Positions 34,461-44,719 of a stretch of DNA of 64,000 nucleotides are shown here, piece after piece (the first letter of the stretch is position 1; each line of letters opens with the position of its first letter). The stretch lies in assembly GCA_963829545.1 (NCBI GenBank), contig CAWHIX010000012.1:20915-84914 (forward strand), in the 5' to 3' direction. Position numbers and translations under genes: made by a program. The notes under the pieces are model-generated. The model was not told the origin of the DNA and searched no databases. It worked only from the letters and a program-made list of their open reading frames with translations. The stretch comes from an uncultured Actinomycetes bacterium. GTDB lineage: Bacteria; Actinomycetota; Thermoleophilia; RBG-16-64-13.

Positions 34461-36743
34461 CTAGGAGCACTTGGAGTAGCCGCAGGCCCTGCACACCATG
34501 CAACCGCCCTCGTGCTCGATGGCGCCGCCGCAATCCGGACAGGCTCCTTGCGCGTAGGCGATGGGCATCTCCAGCTGGCCCACAGCCTTGCCGCCGTTGC
34601 CGTTCATGAGATGGTACTTGTCGGCGAGGGCCTTGCCGATGGCATCCGGGCAAGAGAGGATCTGATTGGGCCCGAAGCCCAGCGGCACATGACAGCGGAT
34701 GCCCCGCAGCTGCTTGACGATCTTGTCCGGAGGGACTCCGTAGCGGAAGGCCAGGGAGATCAGGCGGCCGATGGCTTCGGTGGAAGCCGAGGCGCATCCT
34801 CCGGCCTTGCCCATGTTGGCGAAGATCTCGCGCGGACCGAAGTCGTCCTCGTTGACGGTCACGTAGAGGCTGCCGCACCCGGTCACCTTCTCGCGGGTCT
34901 CGCCGCGCAGCACGGGCGAGCGGCTCGGCCGGACCGGGAGGGTCTCCTTCGCCTGGGCGTCCAGTTCCAGCTGCTGGCCGGCGCCCGCCTCTCCTCCCTT
35001 GCGCTTCACCTCACCGATGTTGAGCACCTGCTCCTGCCGGGAGCCGTCCCGGTAGATGGTGACTCCCTTGACCCCCAGCTCGTAGGCCAGGAGATACACC
35101 CGCTCCACATCCTCGGGCTTGGCCTGGTTGGGGAAGTTGACCGTCTTGGAGACGGCGTTGTCCACGTGGTCCTGGAAGGCCGCCTGCATGCGGATGTGCC
35201 ACTCGGGGCTGACGTCGTGGGCCGTGACGAACACCTGCTTCAGGTCGTCGGGCACTTCCAGCTCGTGCAGACCGCCCACAGCCGCGATGCTCTTCATGAG
35301 GTCCTCGGAGTAGAGCCCCCGCTCCCTGAGCACCTCCTCCAAGGCGGGATGAGCCTCCGGGAGCTCGGTGTTATCCATGACGTTGCGGATGAAGGCCAGG
35401 GCGAAGATGGGCTCCACTCCGCTGGAGCAGTTGGCGATTATGGAGATGGTCCCGGTGGGGGCGATGGTGGTGAGGGTGGCGTTGCGCACCCGGCGACCCG
35501 TGGCCGCCCAGGTGCTGTCCTCCCAGTTGGGGAACGTCCCCCGGTCGCGCGCCAGCTCCTCGGACACCTCGATGGCCTTGCCGTGGATGAACCCCATCAC
35601 CTCGTGGGCCAGCCTGATGGCCTCGTCGGAGTCGTAGGCGATGCCCAGTTCGACCAGCATGTCGGCCCAGCCCATGACCCCCAGACCGATCTTGCGGTTG
35701 CTCTTGGTCATCTCGCCGATCTCGGCCAGCGGGTACCGGTTCATGTCGATGACGTTGTCGAGGAAGTGGACGGCGGTCCGGGTGACCCGGCGCAGCCGAT
35801 CCCAATCGACCCCGCCGTCTTTGACCATGAGGGCAAGATTTATCGACCCGAGGTTACAGCTCTCGTAGGGCAGAAGAGGCTGCTCACCACAAGGATTTGT
35901 CGACTCGATCTCGCCGATCTTGGGCGTGGGATTGTCACGATTGAGCCGGTCGAGGAAGACGATGCCCGGCTCGCCGTTCTTCCAGGCCAGGTCGACGATG
36001 AGGTCGAAGACCTCGCGGGCGTTCAGCCGCCCCACCTCGGTGCGGTGGCGGGGGTTGCGAAGCGCGTAATCCTGCCCAGTGAGCACCGCCCCCATGAACT
36101 CCTCGGTGACTCCCACCGAGATGTTGAAGTTGTTGAGGATGTGCTCGTCTTCTTTTGCCCGGATGAATTCGATGATGTCGGGATGGTCCACGCGCAGGAT
36201 GCCCATATTGGCACCCCGCCGAGTGCCGCCCTGCTTGATGGTCTCGGTGGCCATATCGAAGACGCGCATGAACGACACCGGACCGCTGGCCACCCCCATG
36301 GTGGAGCGCACGAGATCGTTCTTGGGACGCAGACGGCTGAAACTGAAGCCCGTCCCGCCTCCCGATTGATGGACCAGAGCGGCGTCGCGGATGGCGCCGA
36401 AGATGGACTCCATGCTGTCGTCGACCGGCAGAACGAAACAGGCCGACAGTTGCTGCAGCTCGCGCCCCGCGTTCATGAGGGTGGGCGTGTTGGGCAGGAA
36501 CTCGAGCCGGGACATGACGGCGAAGAACTCGGCGATGGTCTCGTCGAGAGGAACGTCGGGCCGGTATTGAAGGTCGGCCTGAGCGATGTTCTCAGCCACT
36601 CGAGCGAACATGTCGGCGGGGGTCTCGATGGGGGTGCCGTCCTCGGTGCGCTTGAGGTAGCGCCGTTCCAGCACCTTCTTGGCGCTGGGGGAGAGCCTCT
36701 GCTCCAGTTCTGCCGACAAAGCTCGTACCTCGGCGACGGTCAT
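34461..36743 (-). CDS. nrdJ: Adenosylcobalamin-dependent (class II) ribonucleotide reductase with C-terminal zinc-ribbon
   Basis: Intact 760 aa; B12-dependent RNR architecture with C-terminal CPDCGG...CMVCRACG. Confidence 0.85.
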   Translation of the reverse strand: MTVAEVRALSAELEQRLSPSAKKVLERRYLKRTEDGTPIETPADMFARVAENIAQADLQYRPDVPLDETIAEFFAVMSRLEFLPNTPTLMNAGRELQQLSACFVLPVDDSMESIFGAIRDAALVHQSGGGTGFSFSRLRPKNDLVRSTMGVASGPVSFMRVFDMATETIKQGGTRRGANMGILRVDHPDIIEFIRAKEDEHILNNFNISVGVTEEFMGAVLTGQDYALRNPRHRTEVGRLNAREVFDLIVDLAWKNGEPGIVFLDRLNRDNPTPKIGEIESTNPCGEQPLLPYESCNLGSINLALMVKDGGVDWDRLRRVTRTAVHFLDNVIDMNRYPLAEIGEMTKSNRKIGLGVMGWADMLVELGIAYDSDEAIRLAHEVMGFIHGKAIEVSEELARDRGTFPNWEDSTWAATGRRVRNATLTTIAPTGTISIIANCSSGVEPIFALAFIRNVMDNTELPEAHPALEEVLRERGLYSEDLMKSIAAVGGLHELEVPDDLKQVFVTAHDVSPEWHIRMQAAFQDHVDNAVSKTVNFPNQAKPEDVERVYLLAYELGVKGVTIYRDGSRQEQVLNIGEVKRKGGEAGAGQQLELDAQAKETLPVRPSRSPVLRGETREKVTGCGSLYVTVNEDDFGPREIFANMGKAGGCASASTEAIGRLISLAFRYGVPPDKIVKQLRGIRCHVPLGFGPNQILSCPDAIGKALADKYHLMNGNGGKAVGQLEMPIAYAQGACPDCGGAIEHEGGCMVCRACGYSKCS

Positions 36744-37201
36744 CGGATCCCCTCTTTCGCAAGCTGTTCCAGCTCGTTCTTGAATTCCTCGACGCTCTCG
36801 TACTGCCGGTACACGGAGGCGAAGCGGACGTAGGCCACCAGATCCACCTCCTGCAGTCGTTCCAGCGCCATGTTACCCACCCGCTCGGACGTCACCTCGT
36901 AGAGCAGTTCCTCCCGCAGTTGCCGCTCGATATCGGCCACTATCTGTTCCAGCCGCTCCAGCGGAACGTCCCGTTTCGTGCAGGCCCGCAGCAGGCCGCG
37001 CAGGAGCTTGTCGGGGTGAAAGAGCTCGGTGCTGCCGTCGCGTTTCTCCACCATGATGGGGATCTCTTCGATCTTCTCGTAGGTGGTGAAGCGTTGGCCG
37101 CAGGCGGAGCATTCCCGCCGACGCCGGATCGCCTCTCTGCTGTCGGTCTCGCGCGAATCGACCACGCGACTCTCGGCCAGCCCGCAGTAGGGACAGTTCA
37201 C
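36740..37201 (-). CDS. nrdR: Transcriptional repressor NrdR
   Basis: MNCPYCG...CSACGQRFTTYE zinc ribbon plus ATP-cone. Overlaps the nrdJ start (ATGA). Confidence 0.9.
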   Translation of the reverse strand: MNCPYCGLAESRVVDSRETDSREAIRRRRECSACGQRFTTYEKIEEIPIMVEKRDGSTELFHPDKLLRGLLRACTKRDVPLERLEQIVADIERQLREELLYEVTSERVGNMALERLQEVDLVAYVRFASVYRQYESVEEFKNELEQLAKEGIR

Positions 37202-37538
37202 GATCCCTCACCTTCTGACGCTTGTTGCGGTGATTTGTCCCTGTAGGCGTACAACGAAGACACCCGGTGTCTGGCGGATACTCTGACGGGCCTCGGTCTC
37301 TGCCCCCGCCAAGAATACAACATCTTGTGTGCGGAGCAATGCTAACACCCTACATATGGCACGTCAAAGCGAAAAATGACCGACTTTGCGTCAAAAGCCG
37401 CGGAGCGGAGCGCTTGACATACGTCCGCTGTAGGCGTCCGTGGTCCGGCCTCCTGCCGCCGCTGAGGGCCGCGCGGCGCTTTGGGCTCCGCCGAGAGGCG
37501 TGCTGGACTACGTGGTGGCCAGCGGGCATAATCCCCTC

Positions 37539-38290
37539 GTGGACCCGCTTCTGCTCATCGTAGAGGACGACCCCTCGTTGCGGGAGGTCATCCGCCTAGG
37601 TCTGGAGGGCGAGGGCTTCCGGACGGTGACCGCCGAGGACGGCCCGGGAGCATTGCTCGCGTTCGCGTCGCACAATCCCGATCTGGTGCTGCTCGACGTC
37701 ATGCTGCCCGGACTCGACGGGTTCGCCGTCTGTCGCGAGCTACGCAAGATCTCGCTGGTGCCCATCGTGATGCTGACCGCGCGGACCTCGACCGAGGACG
37801 TGGTCGACGGCCTGGAGTCGGGTGCCGACGACTACGTGACCAAGCCCTTCGAGTTCCCCGAGTTGGTCGCTCGAGTGCGCTCTGTATTGAGACGAGCCTC
37901 GGTGCGGGGGGCCGCGGATGCCGGCGCTGCCGCCACTATGCCCTCCGGCGGAGCCACGACGACCGGCGAGGCGGGCGCCCCGATGCCACTGCCACTTCTC
38001 CTTCTGGGCACCTCACCATCGATCCCGGGGCCTTCGTCGTCCGCCGTGGCTCTGAGGAAGTCCCCCTGACGGTGACCGAGTTCCGCCTTCTCTACGAGCT
38101 GGTGCGTCATGCCGGCCAGGTGCTGTCTCGGGACCAGTTGCTGGAACTCGTTTGGGGGTATTCGTACCTGGGCGACAGCCGTCTGGTCGACGTGCACGTC
38201 CAACGTCTGCGCGCGAAGATCGAGGAGGACCCGGCCCATCCGGGCCTCATACTCACGGTGCGAGGTGTCGGCTACAAGGCTCAGCGGTGA
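37539..38290 (+). CDS. OmpR-family response regulator (MtrA-like); one frameshift near 38000-38070
   Basis: Receiver domain LLLIVEDDPSLREV...LLDVMLPGLDGF (ORF 37440..38069); winged-helix TEFRLLYEL...VRGVGY (ORF 38072..38290). Confidence 0.75.
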
Positions 38291-39729
38291 TGCCCGGCCG
38301 ATCTGCCGCCACGCTCCGCCCCCGGCGCTCCCTGACCCGCCGGATGGCCCTCATCTTTGCAGCCGGCATCATCGTGACCGCTCTGGCCTTGGCGCTCTCC
38401 GCCTACTTCATCACCAAGGCGGCTTCGGACGACGACGCACTCGACAAAGCCCTCGCCCAGGCGCAGTTCAACTTCTTCTTGGCAGATTCCATCCTGCCGA
38501 CCGAGCCTCAGCCCGAGGATTACGACCGGCTGTTGGCGGCACTGCAGCGCAGAGGTGACTTCGCCACGCTCATCCGGGCGGGCGACGAGACCTACGTGTC
38601 CGGTCCGCAGGTCACGGAAGATCTGGTGACTGCGGAACTGGCGGCGAAGGTGGAGGAGGGGCGCATAGGCTTTCAGACCATCGAGATGGCCGACGAGCCC
38701 ACGGTCGCCGTGGGAGGCCAAGTCCGCGACGACCTCAGTCTGTATTTCTTCTTTCCGCAGGGCGCGCGCCTCGCCGACCTCGCCCGCCTGCGCAACATCC
38801 TCCTCGTGGCCGGGGTGATCCTGGCCGTTCTGGGCGCCCTGGCAGGGTATCTGGTGGCTCGACGCCTGCTGGGGCCGCTGCGCCGGGCCAGCAAGGCTGC
38901 CGTGCTCATGTCTAAAGGCGACCTCGACATCCGGCTCCCTGCCGGCCAGGACGAGTTCGGAGTGCTGTCCGCGTCCTTCAACCGCATGGCCGAGAACCTG
39001 CAGGCGAAGATGCAGGACCTGGAAGCCGGACAGGCCCGCGAACGCCGCTTCGTGGCCGACGTGGCTCACGAGTTGCGCACGCCCGTCTCCGCGCTGGTGG
39101 GCGAGGCCTCGCTGCTGAGAGTGCGCACCCAGAGCGAATCGAGTGGCTGCCCGCCGGACGTCAACCATCTGGCCGGGATGGTCAGCACCGACATCGGGCG
39201 GCTGCGGCAATTGGTGGACGACCTGCTCGAGATCAGTAGGCTGGACGCCCGATCGGCCGATACCTTCATCGAAACCGTCTATCTGGAGGATCTCCTGACC
39301 CGCCTGGTGGGCGCCTACGGGTGGTCGTCCCAGGTGGGGATAGAGAGCGAGGACGGCGGGGGTCACATCATCCAGACCGATAAGCGACGTCTGGAGCGCA
39401 TCGTCGTCAACCTCGTCGACAACGCCCTGCATCACGGAGCGCCGCCGGTGCTCATCCGGGTCCGCTCCGAAACGGGCGGGCCGGGTGAGGAGGGCGTGGT
39501 GGAGATATCCGTGGAGGACCAGGGTGCGGGCATATCGCCGGAGCACCTGCCTCACGTCTTCGACCGCTTCTACAAGGCCGACCCCAGCCGCGCCTCCAGC
39601 CGTGGCAGCGGGCTGGGCCTGGCGATCGCGCGCCAGAACGCCCGTTTGCTTAGGGGCGACCTGACCGCTGCCAACCTCCCGGAAGGCGGAGCCCGCTTCG
39701 TCCTGACCCTCCCGGATCCCACTCTGTGA
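38287..39729 (+). CDS. Sensor histidine kinase (MtrB-like): two TM helices, HAMP, HisKA, HATPase
   Basis: Intact: HELRTP H-box, N/G boxes ([16 protein letters not shown]). GTG start overlaps the response-regulator stop. Confidence 0.85.
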   Translation: MMPGRSAATLRPRRSLTRRMALIFAAGIIVTALALALSAYFITKAASDDDALDKALAQAQFNFFLADSILPTEPQPEDYDRLLAALQRRGDFATLIRAGDETYVSGPQVTEDLVTAELAAKVEEGRIGFQTIEMADEPTVAVGGQVRDDLSLYFFFPQGARLADLARLRNILLVAGVILAVLGALAGYLVARRLLGPLRRASKAAVLMSKGDLDIRLPAGQDEFGVLSASFNRMAENLQAKMQDLEAGQARERRFVADVAHELRTPVSALVGEASLLRVRTQSESSGCPPDVNHLAGMVSTDIGRLRQLVDDLLEISRLDARSADTFIETVYLEDLLTRLVGAYGWSSQVGIESEDGGGHIIQTDKRRLERIVVNLVDNALHHGAPPVLIRVRSETGGPGEEGVVEISVEDQGAGISPEHLPHVFDRFYKADPSRASSRGSGLGLAIARQNARLLRGDLTAANLPEGGARFVLTLPDPTL

Positions 39730-39839
39730 CACGATCGTTACAGGATCGCAGCAGGTCCGTTAATTCCGAGGTCAAACATGGAATCACCACATGCAGAAAC
39801 GCGCACTGGAACGGACAGGTCCTCGAAGGAGGGAAACCG

Positions 39840-40823
39840 ATGGAACACAGACACGCAACCGCGCAACCCGGTCGCCGGCGGGCCCCGCGCTACATGCTGC
39901 TCGCCGGCGTGCTCGTCCTGGCTCTGCTCGCCTTGACCTTTGGCGTGATCGCCTGCGGCTCGGGCGACGAGGTGGGTGACGGCGGCACGGTCAGCACCAC
40001 CGAAGGAAGCGAGACCACTGTGACCGTACCGCCGGAAGAAAGCACCACTACCTCGACCTCGGAGGCAAGCGAGACCACTACCACCACGACCTCAGCCCCG
40101 GAAGAGGAGACCATGAAGGTAAGGGTCTACTACTCCCGGGATGAGAAGATCTCGGCCCACGCCCGAGTGCTGCCCAAGACCGACGCCGTGGGCGCGGCGG
40201 CCATGAAGGCGCTCCTGGAAGGCCCCACCGCAGTGGAGAAGGAAGCCGGTGTGGTGAGCAACATCCCTGAGGGCACCACCTTCCTGGGCCTGACCATCGA
40301 TGACGGCATCGCCACCGTGGATCTCTCCAAGGAGTACGCGTCCGGCGGCGGCAGCCTCTCCATGGCCATGCGCCTGGCCGAAGTGGTCTTTACGCTCACC
40401 CAGTTCCCGACCGTGCAGGGCGTCAACTTCATGCTCGACGGCGAACCGGTGGAGGTGTTCGGCGGCGAGGGTCTCATCCTCGATCACCCGGTCGATCGCA
40501 CCGACTACGAGGAGCTCTCTCCGGCCATCCTGGTCGAATCGCCCACTCTGGGCGAGACGATCACGAGCCCCGTGCGGGTGACCGGAACGGCCAACGTCTT
40601 CGAAGCGACCTTCCAGCTCAACGTCACCGACTGGGACGGCCGCATAGTCTACGACAACCACGTAACAGCCACCTCCGGGACCGGGACCCGGGGGACCTTC
40701 GACGTCACCGCCGACTTCGAAGTCGACCGGTCCGGCCCGGGCTCGATAATTACCTTCGTGTACTCCGCGAAGGACGGTTCGCAAGAGAACGTGATCGAGA
40801 TCCCGGTAGAGATCGAGAAGTAG
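39840..40823 (+). CDS. GerMN-domain lipoprotein (LpqB-like but shorter) downstream of the two-component system
   Basis: GGAGGGA ribosome-binding site. Lipobox VIACGS, Thr/Ser/Glu-rich linker, GerMN signature (VYYSRD...AMKALLEGP...), C-terminal Ig-like domain. Confidence 0.7.
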   Translation: MEHRHATAQPGRRRAPRYMLLAGVLVLALLALTFGVIACGSGDEVGDGGTVSTTEGSETTVTVPPEESTTTSTSEASETTTTTTSAPEEETMKVRVYYSRDEKISAHARVLPKTDAVGAAAMKALLEGPTAVEKEAGVVSNIPEGTTFLGLTIDDGIATVDLSKEYASGGGSLSMAMRLAEVVFTLTQFPTVQGVNFMLDGEPVEVFGGEGLILDHPVDRTDYEELSPAILVESPTLGETITSPVRVTGTANVFEATFQLNVTDWDGRIVYDNHVTATSGTGTRGTFDVTADFEVDRSGPGSIITFVYSAKDGSQENVIEIPVEIEK

Positions 40824-40898
40824 CCCCCTCGCGAGCGCCCACTCGCGCCCAAGCCGCTTAGCGGGTCACCGGCCGCCCCGGCCGGGCCCGCGGGCGGC

Positions 40899-43800
40899 TT
40901 ACTTCGTGCCTGCCGGCCCTCGGCCCCCGGACGGTCGCCCCCTTCGGGCTCGCTGATAGCTCTGGAAGACGAGGGTGGCCTGGAGCCGGCTGGACACGCC
41001 CAGCTTCCTGAAGACGTGGTTGGCATGTGTCTTGACCGTCTTCTCGGTTATGAAGAGCTTCGCGCCGATCACCTTGTTGGGCATGCCGAGCGAGATCATC
41101 TTGAGGACCTCTCTCTCCCGGTCGGTGAGTGTCTCCATTCCTCGAGTTATCTCGGGGCTGAGGTGCTCACGCTCATCCCCGCCCGTGAACTGCACGGCCA
41201 CCCGCGAGGAACGAGGTGGCCCTAAGGGGAGATCGGTGGGATAGGTCGGACCATCAGCCAACAGATGGAAGTAGCTCTGAAGTCGAGGGGGCAGCTTGGG
41301 CAGGATCCGTGCTCTGACGAACGATCCCGCCTCATAGCGGTCGCACAGGGCGAGGATGGGAATCGCCAGCTGCGCCTCCTGAACGAGGAAATGCACATGC
41401 TCGTGCTCCGCCGCCAGCCTCATCCCCTCCGTCAGCGATCGCGCCGCCTCGGGCTCACGCCCGGAGCGGGCGTGGAGCCAACCGAGGTAGAGAAGGGATG
41501 GGACGAGAGAGCCGTCCAGCCCCCAGCGCCGGCTCATCCCCACAGTCTCCTCGAGAGCCGCCCGTCCACGGTCCTCGTCTCCCATGGCGACCAGGTCGAG
41601 GCCGATAGCTGTGGAGGCCTGGACGCGCTCGAACAAGGAGAGGCGGTTCTGGTCGACTATGTCGAGCGCCTTGCGATGGTGATCCAAGGCCTTCCGCGGG
41701 TTCTTCTGCCGCCTGCACAGATCGCCCAGCATGTCTTCGGCCCAGAAGAGCTCCTCAGAGTCCCCGGCTTTGGCCGCCAAGCGTTGGACCTCGCGCACTT
41801 CGGCCAGTCCGGCGCGGTAGTCCCCGCTAGCTATGACCAGGCCGGCGTGAGTGAGTTGCGCGGCGATTTGCACGAACGTGTAACCTCGGGCGCGGGCCAC
41901 GCGAAGGGACTCGCGGACGTGCCTCCCAGCGACATCGTACTCGCCCGTGACGTACTCGAGTATCGCGCTACCGTTGAGACCCACAGCCTGCATGGGCGAC
42001 ACCCGCTCGGAACAGGAGTCGATTCCCTTGCGGGCCCACTGCTTGCCGACCGGGTAGTGTCCCATGGAGAAGAACAACCGGGCCCGATGCAGGTAGACGC
42101 GCGGCAGTAGAGTAGCCCGCATCTCGGGGGGCGCGATGGCCAGAGCCTTCTCCCAGTTCTCGACGGCCTCGTCCCAGCGGCAGAGACTCACGAAGACGTT
42201 CCCCTCGGCCACGAGCACCTCCGCCTTCTCGCCGGCGGATCCGGCAAGGGAGCGACACCGCGCAAGGACGGCAAGACTCTCCTCCCACAGTCCCTGGTGG
42301 AACAGGCAGAAGACCGAAGCCAGAAGGACCGACAGCAGCCCTGCTTTGTCGCCGGCGCCGGAGAGGAGACGGGCGGCCCGCTCGTAGAGCGCGGCCGCCT
42401 CCGAATACTCGCTCTGTTGCTGAAGCGCTTTGGCCTTGGCCACGAGGAGCCAGGGCTGGTCCTGGACGACGTGTTCGGGTATGAGATCCAGCCACTCGTT
42501 GCGGGCGAAGTCGACCACGACGTTGAGGGAGGAAACGGCCAGCGTCCGCAGAGGCTGCACCGCGTCCTCGAAATAGCCTGCGCGCAGGTAGAGATAGGCC
42601 GCTTCCCGGTTTTCTCCATTTTGCTCGAGGTGGTCGGCTGCCCGTCGGATCAGTCCCGTCTCGGCCTCGCGAGGCCAAAGCTCCCGTTCCGCGAAACCAC
42701 GGAGGAGCGGGTGCAGTGTGAAGCTCCGCCGCCCCGTGGCCGTGACGAGAAAGCCTCGGGAGACGAAATCCTCCAGTAGGGACTCGGCCTGGCCCGTCTC
42801 TCCGGGCAGGAAGGCTTCGTCTCGGGGGAAGACCACCCGAGGCAACAGGGAAGCAGTCAGGATCGTCTGCGCCGCAAGCGGCTCCAGACCGGAGATGACG
42901 TATTCCTCCAGATATGCACGCAACTCCCGCCCATGCGCCATGACATTGATCACGTCCCGACGGTCTATCTGAGGCCTTCGGGTCTGCAGATGCTGACCGA
43001 GAAGCGCCAGCGCCGCAGGCCATCCCTCTGTGAGCCGCCAGAGAGCACGAGCCTCGGAGGGTTCGAGCATCACGGCCCAGTTCTGGCGGGCCCAGGCCGC
43101 GACCTCCCGAGGGGTCAGGCGGAGATCGCGCCCATGAAGACGGAGCAGTCGGCCTCCGAGGCTGACCGTGTCGAGGTCCAGCAGCAGCCTCCGCCGCGAG
43201 GACAGGAGCACCACCCACCCCGGTGGAAGCGAGCGGACGAGCAGTTGCAGGGCCTGCATGACCTCAGGGGCGGAGTCGATGAGATGGAGATCGTCGATCG
43301 CTAGGATGGTGGGGCGCCGCGCCTGGGCGGAGATGGCGTCGACGAGCGTGGCGGCCATGTCGAGGGCTGTCTCGTCGCCCGGCGCAGGAGCGACCCAGCC
43401 GCCGCCGTCACCGGTCGGCGAACTCTCCACCGATAGATCCAGCCCGGCCATCAGATACCCAAGGAAGCGCACAGGATCTCGATCGCCGTCATCCACCGCG
43501 TAATACACCGTGCGCATATGGAGGGACGAGAGAAGGTCCACGATGAAAGCGGTCTTGCCGTAGCCGGGTCCGGCGACCACGGAGACGACCCCGCCTTCGC
43601 GCAGCCTCTCGACCCTGGCCAATAGCCGAGGCCGGCTGAGCACGAACCCCTGATGAGGCAGGCTCAACTTGGCCGCCAGGGATCGCTTCTGTGCTTCTGT
43701 GGCGCCGGACGATGACATTGATGAGACCTGCCTCGGTGACCCCGCTCGTTTCCGCCGATGAGTGCGTTCAGTGTCCGATTCCGCGACGATCGTGTCAATC

Positions 43801-43949
43801 CTCATGATCAGCCTTCCGAGCAGTCGGCGCGGCGCCGGCGGCCGAGGCCGGCGCCGCGCCTCCGTGCTCCGCTGGGGACTACAGGTACTCGAGCCTCTTG
43901 GCCACCACCGACACGGCCTTGCGCTCCTCGCCCTCCTTCTCGTAGACAT
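40899..43949 (-). CDS. LAL-family (large ATP-binding LuxR) transcriptional regulator, 1016 aa (real start probably near 43805 or 43718)
   Basis: Intact. N-terminal P-loop VSVVAGPGYGKTAF, long TPR-like middle, C-terminal LuxR helix-turn-helix LTDREREVLKMISLGMPNKVIGAKLFITEKTVKTHANHVFRKLGVSSR. Confidence 0.85.
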   Translation of the reverse strand: MSTRRRARSARPCRWWPRGSSTCSPQRSTEARRRPRPPAPRRLLGRLIMRIDTIVAESDTERTHRRKRAGSPRQVSSMSSSGATEAQKRSLAAKLSLPHQGFVLSRPRLLARVERLREGGVVSVVAGPGYGKTAFIVDLLSSLHMRTVYYAVDDGDRDPVRFLGYLMAGLDLSVESSPTGDGGGWVAPAPGDETALDMAATLVDAISAQARRPTILAIDDLHLIDSAPEVMQALQLLVRSLPPGWVVLLSSRRRLLLDLDTVSLGGRLLRLHGRDLRLTPREVAAWARQNWAVMLEPSEARALWRLTEGWPAALALLGQHLQTRRPQIDRRDVINVMAHGRELRAYLEEYVISGLEPLAAQTILTASLLPRVVFPRDEAFLPGETGQAESLLEDFVSRGFLVTATGRRSFTLHPLLRGFAERELWPREAETGLIRRAADHLEQNGENREAAYLYLRAGYFEDAVQPLRTLAVSSLNVVVDFARNEWLDLIPEHVVQDQPWLLVAKAKALQQQSEYSEAAALYERAARLLSGAGDKAGLLSVLLASVFCLFHQGLWEESLAVLARCRSLAGSAGEKAEVLVAEGNVFVSLCRWDEAVENWEKALAIAPPEMRATLLPRVYLHRARLFFSMGHYPVGKQWARKGIDSCSERVSPMQAVGLNGSAILEYVTGEYDVAGRHVRESLRVARARGYTFVQIAAQLTHAGLVIASGDYRAGLAEVREVQRLAAKAGDSEELFWAEDMLGDLCRRQKNPRKALDHHRKALDIVDQNRLSLFERVQASTAIGLDLVAMGDEDRGRAALEETVGMSRRWGLDGSLVPSLLYLGWLHARSGREPEAARSLTEGMRLAAEHEHVHFLVQEAQLAIPILALCDRYEAGSFVRARILPKLPPRLQSYFHLLADGPTYPTDLPLGPPRSSRVAVQFTGGDEREHLSPEITRGMETLTDREREVLKMISLGMPNKVIGAKLFITEKTVKTHANHVFRKLGVSSRLQATLVFQSYQRARRGRPSGGRGPAGTK

Positions 43950-44166
43950 CCTGCCGGAGCGACCCTTCGACGGCGATCCGACGCCCCTTGCCCAGGTGGT
44001 CGCCCGCGGCCTCTGCCTGCGAGTTCCAGGCCTTGATCCGGAAGAAGTCCGCCTCTTCCGCGTTCCGGTCCACCGCCAGGATGAAACTGCTGACCTTGGA
44101 CCCGCCGTTCACCTCCTTCACGTCCACGTCGGTGGCCAGGCGGCCGATGAGATGCACGCTGTTCAT
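43879..44166 (-). CDS. Short (95 aa) SSB-like OB-fold protein lacking the disordered acidic C-terminal tail
   Basis: Aligns by eye to the SSB core: MNSVHLIGRLATDVDVKE...FFRIKAWNSQAE...GKGRRIAVEGSLR...KAVSVVAKRL. Confidence 0.55.
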   Translation of the reverse strand: MNSVHLIGRLATDVDVKEVNGGSKVSSFILAVDRNAEEADFFRIKAWNSQAEAAGDHLGKGRRIAVEGSLRQDVYEKEGEERKAVSVVAKRLEYL

Positions 44167-44719
44167 GGGACCCTCCTTCGCGTTTTGAATTCCCGTCTAC
44201 CCAGCGGCCCGGGCTCGTTGCGAGCGATGGCGACCGGGAAATGCAGCGTAACGGGAGGACGCAGGGAGGCGAATACAACCAAAGATGGAAATGCGCGACT
44301 GCTCCTTCAGCGGGGACCCGCGCGACGGAAGAGTCGGCTGCGACCTTGACCTTAGCGGTCGACGGGCACGCCTGCGACGGAACCATCCGACAAGAAATGG
44401 CGATCGTGTCACCGCACTACAGCTGGTCCATTGCAGCCCCGCGACACACATCTACGATCCCATGCGTTCGCTGCTCATCGAGGAGCAACAGGGATGGGGC
44501 CCACCGCTACGACCTCAGCGCCCGCCACGCGACAGCGTGTACGCGTCCGCACGGCCACGGCTGATCTCTTAGTGGTTCCGACAGACGGGACGTCTGTACG
44601 TCTGACGGTACTCACGATAGAACCGTCTGTTGTTCACCGTCGCGTGGGGCTCGGCCTCAAACAGAACCTGTATTCTCAAATCGTGTGGAAAAAGAGCACG
44701 GCACAGGAGGTCGGGTCAG

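Noticed and set aside
34344-36833. 829-aa ORF on the plus strand
   Set aside because: Entirely antisense to the intact, well-conserved nrdJ. Low-complexity G/A/L/V/D/R-rich translation typical of GC-driven open frames.
41265-43218. ORFs 41265..42110 (+) and 41968..43218 (-) inside the LAL regulator
   Set aside because: Alternative or antisense frames of an intact 1016-aa gene; Arg/Pro/Gly-rich junk translations.
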